From Raja brachyura (Eukaryota), in assembly GCA_963514005.1 (NCBI GenBank), contig OY740786.1, positions 87,606,001-87,670,000 of the forward strand: 64,000 nt of DNA, read 5' to 3'. This document shows, piece after piece, positions 24,294-35,795 of this stretch; position 1 is the first letter of the stretch; each line of letters starts with the position of its first letter. The translations under genes and the position numbers were made by a program. The notes below the pieces were generated by a model. It did no database searches. It saw nothing but the letters and a program-made list of their open reading frames with translations, and was not told where the DNA came from.

Positions 24294-26099
24294 GCTACCT
24301 GTTGCTATTCAGGTGCACTATATTCTGTTCTCTCACGGCGTTTCCTGCACTGGACGTAATCCTTTTACACACTAAGAAGTGATCCAGTCCACTGACTATT
24401 ACCAATTCATATAATAATAGATTTATACTATTAACCAACATTTAATGTCAATAGCCATTAAGAACATTTTAAACCATATTCCTTCTATGCACACAGATTT
24501 ACTATTAACAGTGACCAATGCATTACATTCAAACAGTCCTGCTTTTACTGTGGTCATGCATTACATTCACAGAGGGCTTTTATTATGAAGTATTTCACAG
24601 CTCCAGCTTGTGGCCTGTGGCCTGGTGCATCCTCGACCTCTCGAGCTATCCCCACTGGTACCTTTGCTGATGGCCTCATTGGACCTCCACTTTTGCTGCT
24701 TTTGTTGGTTCCCGCGGGCTTCACCGTTACTTTTGCTGCCGCTGGCTCGCTGCCAAGTCGACTCCTGCTGCTCTGCTGACTTGCCTGCTGTCTCCCTTGG
24801 ACGCCCTGCGGAAGGTAAGTCGCTGCTGCTGGTCCCACTGCTCAGCTCATCGCTGGCTCACCGTCACGCCTGGCTGCTCAGCTCATCAGGTCTGTGCCCC
24901 GCTGTCGGTGGCTGGGTAAGCATTGTGTCCCACTTCTCTCACACAGACCCTCTTCTCTCTCTCTGGCGGCTTTCTCTCGCGACTGGGCTGAAGTGCTTGA
25001 GTGCTGTATGCTGCTTCTCTTGTGTGGACCCAGTCTTCGCTCGGGGCCGGATTTCCTCTCATGTCCGGGCTTTCCCCGCTCTCGGCCGTCTCTTGCGACC
25101 GTGCGCTGTGTCCCGCTTATCTCGTGAGGCCTGGTCCACTTCTCTCTCGCGGTCAGCTTTCCCACTCGGTCGGTCCACTTCTCCTGCATGGACGGACCCT
25201 CTTTTCTGCTCACGGTCGGGCTGACTCTGCTCCCGACCTGGCTTCCTCTGCTCGCGGTCGTCTCCTGCGACCGGGCTTTCTCTCATGACCGGGCTGTCTC
25301 TGCTCCCGGCCTGGTTGACTCCATTTTTGTCGGTGGCTTCTCCGGACCTGTCCGTGGCCCTCACTCGACGTTGGTGGCGGCACCTGGGCCTGGCTGTGGG
25401 CTTCACAGCCCTGGAAAATGTTCAAAGTCGGTGGCGGTCTCCTGGGCCTCTTCTGCCCCTTTGCCATGGCTGCACGGCCCTGGAAAGCGTTCCAGGTAAG
25501 TTGACACCATCGCTGTCCTGCTGGTTAGGCTTCCAGCTTTCGGCTGTGTTCTTCGGTGACACTTACTTACTGCCCCACTTGTTTTCCTTGCTTCCTGTTC
25601 CGATCTTTCTTTTCTTTGGCGCCAATTCAAAACCATTTGGCGCCAAATCTTTTTGCTTAGTGCCGTTCCACTTTGTTTCCAAACACAACCTCTTTTTAAC
25701 TTTTTTTTCTCTTGACAGCCTATTTTCTTTGTTCTTTTCTGTTCTTTTATCCTCGTTGCATCGTTGTCCTTGTTGTGTGTTTTGGTGTAACAATTCACCT
25801 AAAACATAGCTGTACAAAGATTATTCAGCTTGAGGAATTCGACAAAAAAAACTCAGTCTAAAATGTGTAACAATCCGAAGGACGACGTCTTGCCACATAG
25901 ACACAACATAGAGATAGCCTGACAAACTCGCCGAATTGTACAGCTGATGTTTTAAACTACAGTCCCATGCTTAGAGGGATCTGCAGGCCTCTCATGTCCA
26001 TCTCGCAAACAACTGCGACACAACTCCGTATCTACTGTTTGAACTGTTAAACAATCCTGCGTGTTGCAAAACAGTCCTGCGGGTGAGTTCACAAACTCC

Positions 26100-26117
26100 A
26101 TCCCATCCTCGTCGCCA
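26100..26117 (-). promoter_or_regulatory. primer-binding site, tRNA-Ser(GCT)
   Basis: Minus strand TGGCGACGAGGATGGGAT, 2 nt after the 5' LTR; complementary to the recalled vertebrate tRNA-Ser(GCT) 3' end ATCCCATCCTCGTCG-CCA. Confidence 0.85.
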
Positions 26118-26119
26118 AT

Positions 26120-26280
26120 TGTAGTGTATTTGGGTGCTTGGAACTGACTTAAAAGAACACTCAGATACAGGAGTAAACTAACAAGCTTCTTTATTCTAGG
26201 ACGCCACCTTGAGTCTCCCCCAGCGCATGCGTCCCCTCGCACAAGAAATAACATATGCTAATTATATCATATACATCACA
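26120..26280 (-). repeat. 5' LTR
   Basis: Direct repeat of 15483-15643, followed on minus by the PBS. Confidence 0.95.
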
Positions 26281-29200
26281 CTCGAAACGTCAGAACCTGA
26301 GAATTGTGGGAATCAAAGAGGGCAGAGGGAAATAAAAACCCTCATGAATTTGCTGGCGATCTTCTACAAAAGGTTTTAAATTTAGATACAAAGACTCTAC
26401 TGGATCGTGCACATAGGGCATTGAGATCACGTCAGAACAATGCCCCCCCCCCCCCCCCCCCCCCCCCCGAGACATTTGATATTGAAGGTGCATTATGACC
26501 ACGATTTGGAAAACATCTTGACGAAAATTGCGGCAACAGTAACCTATCATTTGAAGGGTAACAATATTCGTATTTTCAGAGACTATCCCGCAGAGGTTGT
26601 CAAGAGAAGAGCGCTTTTCAACGAGACAAGAGGAATTCTCAAGAAGATTTCAAACCTATGATTTGGACTGTTGTATCTGCAAAACTCCTACATGCATAAG
26701 GAACACTTCTTTACCGATCATAAGAAAGCATTTGAGTTCGCCCAGGACATTGAGAAATCAGCGGAATGATGAACAACATCTCCACAGGGTCATCACTTGG
26801 CGGAGAACAAATGGAACTGTAAGTTGTTATACTTAAATGATAGTTGAGCAGTTATCTTGCTATTAATTTACAACTACTATTATTATTTAGTAGTAAATAT
26901 TAATAATTATTACTAACTATTATTAATTTATACTAGTAAGATAAGAGTTAGTTACAAATAAGAAATGTAATTAATACCTAATGCAGGGATTTCATTTTAT
27001 TCTAATTTTTAATTTTTTTTTTGAATAATTAACTAATATTGGACTAATATTTTTTAACTAATATTTCTGACTAATAAAAAATTCCCCGTCACTGAATTAA
27101 AAATCCATCAGACCTAATTCTCTCTTCTTTTCCCCCTCCCTTTTACAAATTGTTATTACTGAGATTTCTTTGTCTTTTAAAACACGGAACTAGTACTATT
27201 TTTTAAAAACAAGGCTACAGAAGCCCTTAGAATTTTAGCCACGCTAGTGTGGCTATCACTAACTACACTTACTGTAGTTGTAGTTTTTCTATCTTTTTTG
27301 CACCCTACTAACTTTTTATCTTCCTATCTTAGCTTTAATTATATAAATATTAAATTTAATTATAAGATTTTTTTAATGAGATATGTTTGAGATGAAGATT
27401 TATCAAATTTAAAATTCACCAATCCTGTGTTCGGGTGGAATACCAGATTCAAGGTGTTGAACCATTTGCTTCTTTACAGGCCACCCTATCTATATGATGC
27501 AAGATGTTAAAATGAAAATTGGGGGTGAAGGAATTACATTTTGTTGTTGGAATGTCAAGGGTATTAATGAACCAATCAAGAGAGGTAAAGTATTAGCACA
27601 TTTAAAATCACTCAAAGCTGATATAATATTCCTTCAAGAAATTCATCTTAAAAATGAAGCACAACATAGACTGAAAGCAAAATGTATTGTTAAAACATAT
27701 CATTCCTCATTCTCCCATAAGTCTACAGGGGTTGCAATTTTAATCCGTAAGGGTATACCTTTTAAACATGTGTCAACTATTGCGGATATTGATGGTAGAT
27801 ATATTATATTGGTGGGTGAATTATATTCAGAAAAAGTAATCTTCCTTAATGTTTATGGTCCAGATTTTGATAACCCACTGTTTTTTAATAAAACACTTAA
27901 TACTATTCTGGGACTTACACAATACAAGTTGATAATTGGTGGTGACTTAAATTGCACATTAGACCCTTATTTAGATAGATCATCAAGGCAAAGGAAAATA
28001 AAATCCAAGTCAAGTGAATTATTAAATTCATATATTAATACTACCAATATCAAAGATGTCTGGAGAATAGAAAACCCTACTGGATGAGAATATTCATTTT
28101 ACTCACCAGTACATAAAGCCTATTCAAGAATCGACTATTTTTTAGTGGACTCCAAACTTATCCCATATACATACAATTCAAAATATGAAAATATTATAAT
28201 TTTGGTTCATGCACCTTTAACATTCATGGTTAAATTAAAAGGTATAGATGAGAAGCAGGTACACTGGAGACTTAATCAAATTCTAAATGATAAAGCGTGC
28301 TGTGAATACCTCACAACACAGATTAATATGTTCATTCAGATGAAGGATCTCCCAGAAACCCCTGTCTCCCTTCTGTGGGAAACATTTAAAGCATTTGTAC
28401 GAGGAGCGCTTATCTCCTCCCAAGCCTTTCACAATAAAAAGAGCCGAGCTAAACAGCATGAACTAGAAATGGAAATAAGGCAACTAGATATTGAAAACGC
28501 GATAGCACGCTCTATGATAAAACACAACAAAATTGCTGCACTTAAATATGTTAAATCACATATATTCAGACCAAATTATAATACTTTATCAACATACTAA
28601 ACAATTTCAATTTGAATTTGGTGATAAACCACAAAAGTTGCTAGCTCCTCAACTTCGCAAGTTAGATCAGGAAAAAACAATTCATAAAATCAAATCACAT
28701 ATGGGAGAAACACTATCATTGCCCAAGGACATCAATGACAGATTTTTGAAATATTCTCAGACACTCTACTCATCCAAAAAAGCAGACTGTTCTATGAGAA
28801 TGGAAATTCTTAAAGAAATTTAATCTTTCAGGATTAGATCTGAGAGAGAGCGAATTATTAGGTGCTGAAATTTCAATGAAAGAAATTGAAGAGACCATTA
28901 GATCCTTGAAAAATGGAAAGGCTGCGGGCCCTGATGGTCTAAATTCTAAATTTTATAAACAATTTAATGATTTGATCTCCCCATGCCTACAGACATTATA
29001 TAATTATGCTTTCACACAGCAGGTACTGCCAGAAACTTTAAATGAATCAACAATAACACTTATACCAAAAATTGATAAAGATCTTGACCCTGGCTCAAAT
29101 AGAGCAATAGCTCTTTTAAATACCGATCAGAATATATTAACAAAACTCTTAGCCCACAGATTAAGTTTAATAATTCACAAATTAATACATCCTGATCAAA

Positions 29201-29451
29201 CAGGTTTTATCCCAAAATGCTATTCATTTTATAATTTGAGACGTATATTGTTTAATATAATATACTCAAATAGAGTAGCTAATGTAGATTTAGCAGTCAT
29301 CTTGTTAGATGCTGAAAAAGCATTTGATCAGGTAGAATGGCCCCATCTCTTTTCTGTGATGGAAACATTTCAATTGGGTGAGACATGGGTTAAACTCCTA
29401 TATACTAATCCATCAGGTAGAATATTGACAAATCAAATGTTATCACCCAAA

Positions 29452-30030
29452 TGCAGTGATGCCTGCTGCCACCAACATGAGGACCCGCTAAAACTGGATT
29501 TCCTGTCCATGCATCGTTGCACTCATTTGTGCCCATACAGCAGAGTTCACGGTGGACACTTTGAGCGATGCACAATTAACAGGTGTTTTATATCTCGTGG
29601 CCGTCTCTTCCATAATCGTATCCTGGAGCTGGTGAGAAGCCATGTAATTAACATTGGCGGCCAGGTTTTATTCCATGGCCTCACCAGTCCCTTCCGGAAT
29701 AGTGAAGTTTCTCGCTACATCCGGGACACCTAGAGCATGACTCATGTGCTCTGGTGTGTGCACCAATGCAGTGACACCAGCTTCAGGGTCAGCCTCCTCC
29801 TGCCCTGGCTCTCCCGAGTCATGCTCCAGGGAGGTCTCTTCCAGCCCTAAACAAGGTGCTGGAGAGGGTGATTCACACTGGTATCCATAAGCGGTGTATT
29901 CTTCTTCGCTGTATGGACCTCTGCGAGAGGCTGTGTGGGGAATCCTAGGGGCATTCGACCCCAATTTAAATTTTACATGGCTCATTAAGTTTGGAGCATT
30001 TTTCCATTTGTTTGAGCCATCCCCATACCT
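29452..30030 (-). mobile_element. DIRS-like (tyrosine-recombinase retroelement) gag/ORF1 fragment
   Basis: Reading through the stop of ORF 29668-29985 gives YKTPVNCASLKVSTVNSAVWAQMS...IQF*RVLMLVAAGITAF, resembling the recalled DIRS gag motif Y..P.NC..L.V..VN..IW. Confidence 0.55.
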
Positions 30031-30039
30031 TTATATTAA

Positions 30040-30355
30040 AAGGACGGGAATCTTCCACATCATCAGACCCATCAGATAATATGGGCCTGAGATTACTTTG
30101 TTTTGGCCTTCCTCGAGGCCCATGACCGAGGAAGAACTAAGGGAAGGACTTGAACTTTATTTCGCCTTTCATCACAGTGAGGAATGTGTAGGAGTCACTT
30201 TGGTGGATGTTCATGCTAAAATGTGTTTTTGAAGTGATCTGTTACTTTTATTTGTATGACTGACCTGGCCAATGAAATTCCTTGTCTGTTGCAAAACATA
30301 CTTATGTTGCAAAACATACTTGGCGAATAAAGTGTGCTTCTGATTCTGATTCTGA
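30040..30355 (+). mobile_element. 3' end of the stem-loop-tailed repeat family
   Basis: catcacagtgagg...cactttggtggatg, then gttgcaaaacatacttggcgaataaa and a (GATTCT)n tail; reverse copy at ~39555-39730. Confidence 0.65.
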
Positions 30356-30826
30356 AAAGGACTTCAGGCCCTTTGTGGGTGGCAGGACCTCAGGACCTGG
30401 GGCCCAATTCCTATTCACCAGTCACACACTACCTTGCTTCATAATGGCAATGGTAACAAGATCTTAGTGATCATGCCACTTACATTAGGTGTAGCAATGG
30501 GAAATGAGTGGGCAGCAAATTGGATCAAATGCGAGCCCTTGTGATGAATGGATGGCCAAAGGCTCGACACTTGGGAATTTGATCATAAAGGAACCAGCAT
30601 GAGATTTTCTTCCAGATAAGAGAAGATATGAGACTGTAAGAGGAAAGAAAAATGATGGAGGGATCACATCTGGGGGTGTGATCAGAAATGACCTTAGCCG
30701 AAAACAAGATGAAAATCAAAGCATTAGAAAAACCACAAATACAGAATATTGTGGGAATCAATTTTGGAAAGGACTTGAGGCAGCCGAATATAGGCAGATG
30801 ATGCCAAAGAAACTACTGGTGAGCAG

Positions 30827-31413
30827 TGTTACGACTCCCGAAGGCAGGTACCTCAGAGCCGCATAACATAATCAAAAACCAGGTTAAAGTTTAAGAAAAT
30901 AGTCTTTAATTTAGTTGAGAGAAGACAAAAACCCGAACCTGATTTAAACAACACAGACAGGGACAAGAATCGACTAACAAATAAATATAACAGTGCTCCA
31001 GCCAGCCTTGCAATGGACCGTCAAACCAGAGTATCTAACCTGCCTAAATAGAAATAACCCTGAAACAAAATACACGAAAACCCTCAGGTCAGCCCTTATC
31101 CGTCTCAATACAACATTAAATGACAAATATAGGAAACAATACACAAAGTGCTATGCCATGTGGCCAGGCCTCCTGCAACTCACACCAGCAGCCTATTCAC
31201 TAGTCAGGGTCGACGAAAAAGAGACAGAATTCCGGGAAATCCTGGTATTTAAGCTTCCGATGAGTCATTCGTCACCTGATGCAGCTTGGCCAATCGGGTA
31301 CAGGAGTCCTTAACCCCTTGATTCCTGACTCCCAGCCACGGGGCCTGCATTCAGGAGAGACTCAGAAAAGGTAAGTACATATCATTCACCGGGTGGGGGG
31401 AAAGCGCCTAACA
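30827..31413 (-). mobile_element. solo LTR
   Basis: Termini TGTTA...TAACA and 5-bp TSD AGCAG (30822-30826, 31414-31418); on minus, a TATA-like motif (~31250) precedes ATTAAA (~30908). Confidence 0.75.
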
Positions 31414-32439
31414 AGCAGTGAATGCATTTTGTTGTACACCACATTACTCTCACACTGCCAACAACTTTTTTTTTAATTATGTTTTTGTACTGACATCTTG
31501 TCCATGTTTCATAAAGTGCCCACAATGTCAACTTAACTTCTTTGAAGTTGTGACTTGTTAAGTTCTGCATCCCACGTGAGAAAACCGACCGACCTTTGGT
31601 TCATCATTTCATCCAAATAAAGGCACATATTTTAACATGGCAGCACCCCCTCAATTCTACATCCAAATGTCAGCCTAGAAAATTGTGCTCAAGTCATTGG
31701 AATGGGTCTTGAAGTCAAAAGTGCTTTGAAATGTGAAGATATGTTGCAAATGGTTTTAGTTTAATGATATTGTGAAGTAATGTCAGAGTAACAAATTGGA
31801 ATCATACAGATTTTAGATTGTTTTTAGCCACCAAAGTGTAAGCTATGGAGTGTAAAGGAAAGCCAAAGGGTTGGTCCTCAGTGAGAATGATGAAGAGACG
31901 ACCAAGGACACCGTTTATAGGAATACTGTGGCGTCAGCCACTTAAGCTCGAACCCTCGTCAGGAGAGGGCGGGCACACGACGTCATGGGCAGAGGGAGTG
32001 TCCTGGTACATAAGCTCTCTCACCACGAGATCCACCAGGAGTTTCTACCGGTAGCTGAGCCCGAGGGCACAACCTCGCTCAGCTACAACAACTCTACATA
32101 TAGTTAGCGCACCCACTATATGTGTGACAACAGAATAAAGAACCAGTTGCACCAACCTGATGTCTCCTCTTTATTCGCCACGTATGGTGCTGCTACATTG
32201 GTGACCCCCGACTGTCCAAATTTAAATTTGGGCTCACCTGAAGAAGCAGCCTCGGGAGACCTGATGTCTGCAGCCGGCTGCCCAGCCCTGCAGAACTACG
32301 CTGCCGTCAACCAGGCCCTGCAGTGAGGTATGTCGCCGCCTACCCACCAGCTGCTGCAGGAGCTGCGAGCATTGCAGTCTCCTGCCCACGGCAGCCCCGA
32401 CCCACGTCTCCAGGCCCCAGCACCGGTCCAGGCCTCACT

Positions 32440-32710
32440 GGGTCTCCAGGCCCAGCACGGCTCCAGGCCTCACCGCGGCTCCAGCCCCTGCACCGGACCC
32501 GGCTCCAGGCCTCACCGCGTCCCCAGGCCCTGCACCGGACCCGGCTCCAGGCCTCACCGCGTCCCCAGGCCCAGCACCGGACCCGGCTCCAGGCCTCACC
32601 GCGTCCCCAGGCCCTGCACCGGACCCGGCTCCAGGCCTCACCACGTCTCCAGGCCCAGCACCGGACCCGGCTCCAGGCCTCACCATGTCTCCAGGCCCTG
32701 CACCACGCCT
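32440..32710 (+). repeat. 42-bp tandem repeat, ~6 copies
   Basis: Unit ggctccaggcctcaccgcgtccccaggccctgcaccggaccc. Confidence 0.9.
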
Positions 32711-33294
32711 GGCCCCGCCGACCGCTGCACCTGAAAAAGTGGGCTTACCTGAGGCGGCCGCCGAAACCGCCCTTCAGCTCCTCGCCGGCCTCCAGTCACC
32801 AGGTGATTCCTCTTCACCCGGCCGGCAAAATGGCCGCGGCGCCATCTTGAAACGGGCGGCTTCCGACTACAAACATGGCTGCCGCCGGCCGGAAGTGCAC
32901 TACGAACTTACCTGGCCGCCGTCTACAGCGCCACCTTCTGGCCGGATGCCGTCCCTGCAGCTTCACTGCCAGCAACAGCGCCACCGTCAGTTCGGCTGCT
33001 GTCACTGCAGTCTCACCGTCATCCACAGCGCCACCTTCCGGCCGGATGCCGTCACTGCAGCCTCACCACTGTCCACAGCGCCACCTTCCAGCTGGATGTT
33101 GTGGCTGCACGATGAACAATGGACAATTTGAAATTTAGACACTGGACACTAATTGTTTTTTTTTCACTGTTCATGTTTGTGTGCACTGCAATTGGTTTGT
33201 ATATTGTATTTGGTTTACCCCCCATCGTTTTTGGGGGCCGTGTGTCACAGGACACTCTCCCTTAGCTGGTCAAGGAGATGCAACCGTGTTTCTT

Positions 33295-33650
33295 CAGTCT
33301 CGTCGCACCCCTCGGTACATCGGGATCTCACACGCAGAGCGTCAACTGCGCCCGTGTAGAGCACCGTCCCGACCCACGCCCGGGGTGTCCCAGACCTCTT
33401 CTGTCCGGCGGCTTCTACATCCGTCTCCTCGCACCACTCGGTACATCGGGATCACCCACGCAGAGCGTCAACTGCGCCCGTGGAGCCCTCCGTCCCGACC
33501 CACGCCCGGGGTGTCCCAGACCTCTTCTGTCCGGCGGCTTCTGCATCGGTCTCCTCGCACCCCTCGGTACATCGGGATCGCCCACGCAGAGCGTCAACTG
33601 CGCCCGTGGAGCCCTCCGTCCCGACCCACGTCCGGGGTGTCCCAGACCTA
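33295..33650 (+). repeat. 126-bp tandem repeat, ~2.8 copies
   Basis: cggtacatcgggatc recurs at 33313, 33439 and 33565. Confidence 0.9.
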
Positions 33651-34184
33651 CATGCAGGAGCTTCCCTTGACCAAGCTATTCCTTCCTCCTGTTCTGGGGG
33701 GGGTCCTGTGGCGTCAGCCACTTAAGCTCGAACCCTCGTTAGGAGAGGGCGGGCACACGACGTCATGGGCAGAGGGAGTGTCCTGGTACATAAGCTCTCT
33801 CACCACGAGATCCACCAGGAGTTTCTACTGGTAGCTGAGCCCGAGGGCACAACCTCGCTCAGCTACAACAACTCTACATATAGTTAGCGCACCCACTATA
33901 TGTGTGACAACAGAATAAAGAACCAGTTGCACCAACCTGATGTCTCCTCTTTATTCGCCACGTATGGTGCTGCTACAATACGGACTATGTGTTGTATAAT
34001 ATCTACATTCTACATACAAGGCATATTAATCCCATGGGTGTGTTGTACACAACAGTTCATGCTGAAGGTAGCCTGTCAACAAAATTCCATTTATATGCAA
34101 GACTGAAGGGATCATGTGTGAAACGACCTGCTATTCCACGTTTCTTTGTTCAAAAGTCTCACCATTCTGCTTTACACTTTACAT

Positions 34185-34435
34185 TTTAGAGCTACAGTGT
34201 GGAAACAGACCCTTCGGCTCACCCAGTCTCCGCCAACCTCAGGATCCTAGCAGTACCCTACACACTAGAAACAATTTACAAATTCCAGAATCCAATTAAC
34301 TTACAAACCCGTGGGGGGGTGAAACTGGAGAGAATGCCTGTGGTCACAGGGGCAACGTGCAAACTCCATTCAGGCAGTACCCTGGTATCTGGCACTATAA
34401 GGCAGCAACTGTACCATTGCGTCACTGTGCTGCGC
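34185..34435 (-). mobile_element. HE1/V-SINE-like, degenerate
   Basis: Reverse-complement similarity to the SINE at 35500-35795. Confidence 0.7.
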
Positions 34436-35499
34436 TGATGGCGAGCTTTCTCTGAGCCTGTGAATGAAGTTGATTGCGTTTGTGTTGATTCACTCACCAC
34501 CTGACACAGAACCAGCCTGGCAGGCCGGTCACCATGAGATCAGCCAGAGCTGGTGTTATTGAGCCATTTTTGGTAGTAAAAATCGAAATCTGCACTCAGA
34601 GTACATACTGCGCCTTTGCTACCTGTAGTGCCTCTTGTACAGGAGCACTGATTTATCAGGTAAAGGAGTGACTTAGCTGAGAAACAGTGGGAGGTATCCT
34701 TGCCATTGTCTGGCCCCTTACTATGGTTAGGATAGATCTGGAGCATTCACTGTGCCATTCAGTCTCACCTGTAAACCCCTTTACTGCCAACTTAAGATGG
34801 TCTGCCATTGGAAAGGATTTACCCAAAGATTGTGAGAGAGGAGTCTAGCACATTGATTAAGAAGTTGGATTCTGTGAGGATAACATTATCAGGATGACAC
34901 TTGACCAGTCTGTCAGACTGAAATGTAGTTGTGGTAACCATTTCAAAATGAAAATGTTTTCAACATGTTGAAAACCCAGCGGCGACCAGAAAGACGCTAC
35001 AACTCTTTGGGCGACTGAGGAGACAACGCACGACCGTACAGGCGACACCCAGTGACAGGCCCTTTACTGTCCCTTTTCCATAACTGTCATCCTTAAGGGG
35101 CCCTCTGCCGGGCAAGCACTTTTGAAGACTTTCTAGCTTGCCAATTCACTAGTTTACACTGCCTGCTCTAAATTAAAATTTGCATGTACCTCCTTTTATA
35201 CATAATTTGATCTTCATGGAAATCAGAATTAAATAAATCATGGTGAATATGGTAGGACATTGGTGAATGGGAGGAACGAGTCAAGCATGTTAAGTTCTGG
35301 CATTAGCTATTCTGGGTTAATGATAATCAAGCAAATGTTTTTAGACTGGGATAAAGGCAATTATTAATCAGTGGGAAAACAAACATAATCTCTTTTCAAA
35401 CAGTATCAATGTACCGAAATAGCTAAGTCAGTGGAAAGCCATGGGATGCAACTGAAACAAGCTCTGAGGGTATGAAACAAATTGGAGAAACTTGAAGGA

Positions 35500-35795
35500 A
35501 AACGGTGCCATGGTAGAGTTTCAGTGCCAGAGACCCAGGTTCGATTCTGACCTCGGGTGCTGTCTGCACAGAGTTTGTACGTTCTCCCCATGACCTGCGT
35601 GGGTTTCCTCCAGGTGCTCCTGTTTCTTCCCACACTCCAAAGATGCACAGGTTTGTAGGCTAATTGGCTTTGGTAAAGGTTGCAAATTGTCCCTAGTGTG
35701 TAGGATAGTGCTACTGTATGGTGATCAATGGCTGACGCGGACTAGGTGGACCAAAGGGCCTGTTTCCTCGCTGTATCTCTAAACTAAACTAAAAT
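35500..35795 (+). mobile_element. HE1/V-SINE-like tRNA-derived SINE
   Basis: B-box-like ggttcgattc, V-domain core gagtttgtacgttctcccc...gggtttcctcc, CR1-like tail and (taaac)n end. Confidence 0.85.

Larger units (their letters stand above)
15483..26280 (-). mobile_element. non-autonomous Gypsy (Mag-like) LTR retrotransposon carrying host gene cargo
   Basis: Two 161-bp TG...CA LTRs with 5 mismatches; TSD CTCGA (15478-15482, 26281-26285); PBS; PPT; gag N-terminus; no protease, RT or integrase of its own. Confidence 0.93.
14796..29451 (+). mobile_element. L1-clade LINE, 3'-truncated, with ORF1 split by the LTR element
   Basis: ORF1 reads CIDLEGCS | KRQNLRIVGIKEG across the insertion, then LDRAHR and IRIFRDY. 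ORF2 has APE (27494-28087: WNVKG, FLQE, GGDLN) and RT (28876 onward: LIHPDQTGF, LDAEKAFDQVEW), breaking off at ~29451. The 5' boundary is approximate. Confidence 0.9.
31927..33977 (+). mobile_element. young non-autonomous Gypsy-type LTR element (TRIM/LARD-like)
   Basis: 271-bp LTRs (31927-32197, 33707-33977) with 2 mismatches; 4-bp TSD ATAC; PBS tggtgacccccgac (tRNA-Trp-like); G-run PPT; no recognisable gag or pol. Confidence 0.93.

Noticed and set aside
26440-26470. Poly-proline ORF from a long C run (similar runs at ~11620, 40330, 49250)
   Set aside because: Homopolymer expansion that frameshifts L1 ORF1; its length is unreliable
32323-33834. Pro/Arg-rich ORFs in the small LTR element
   Set aside because: Explained by the 42- and 126-bp repeats; no Gag or Pol motifs
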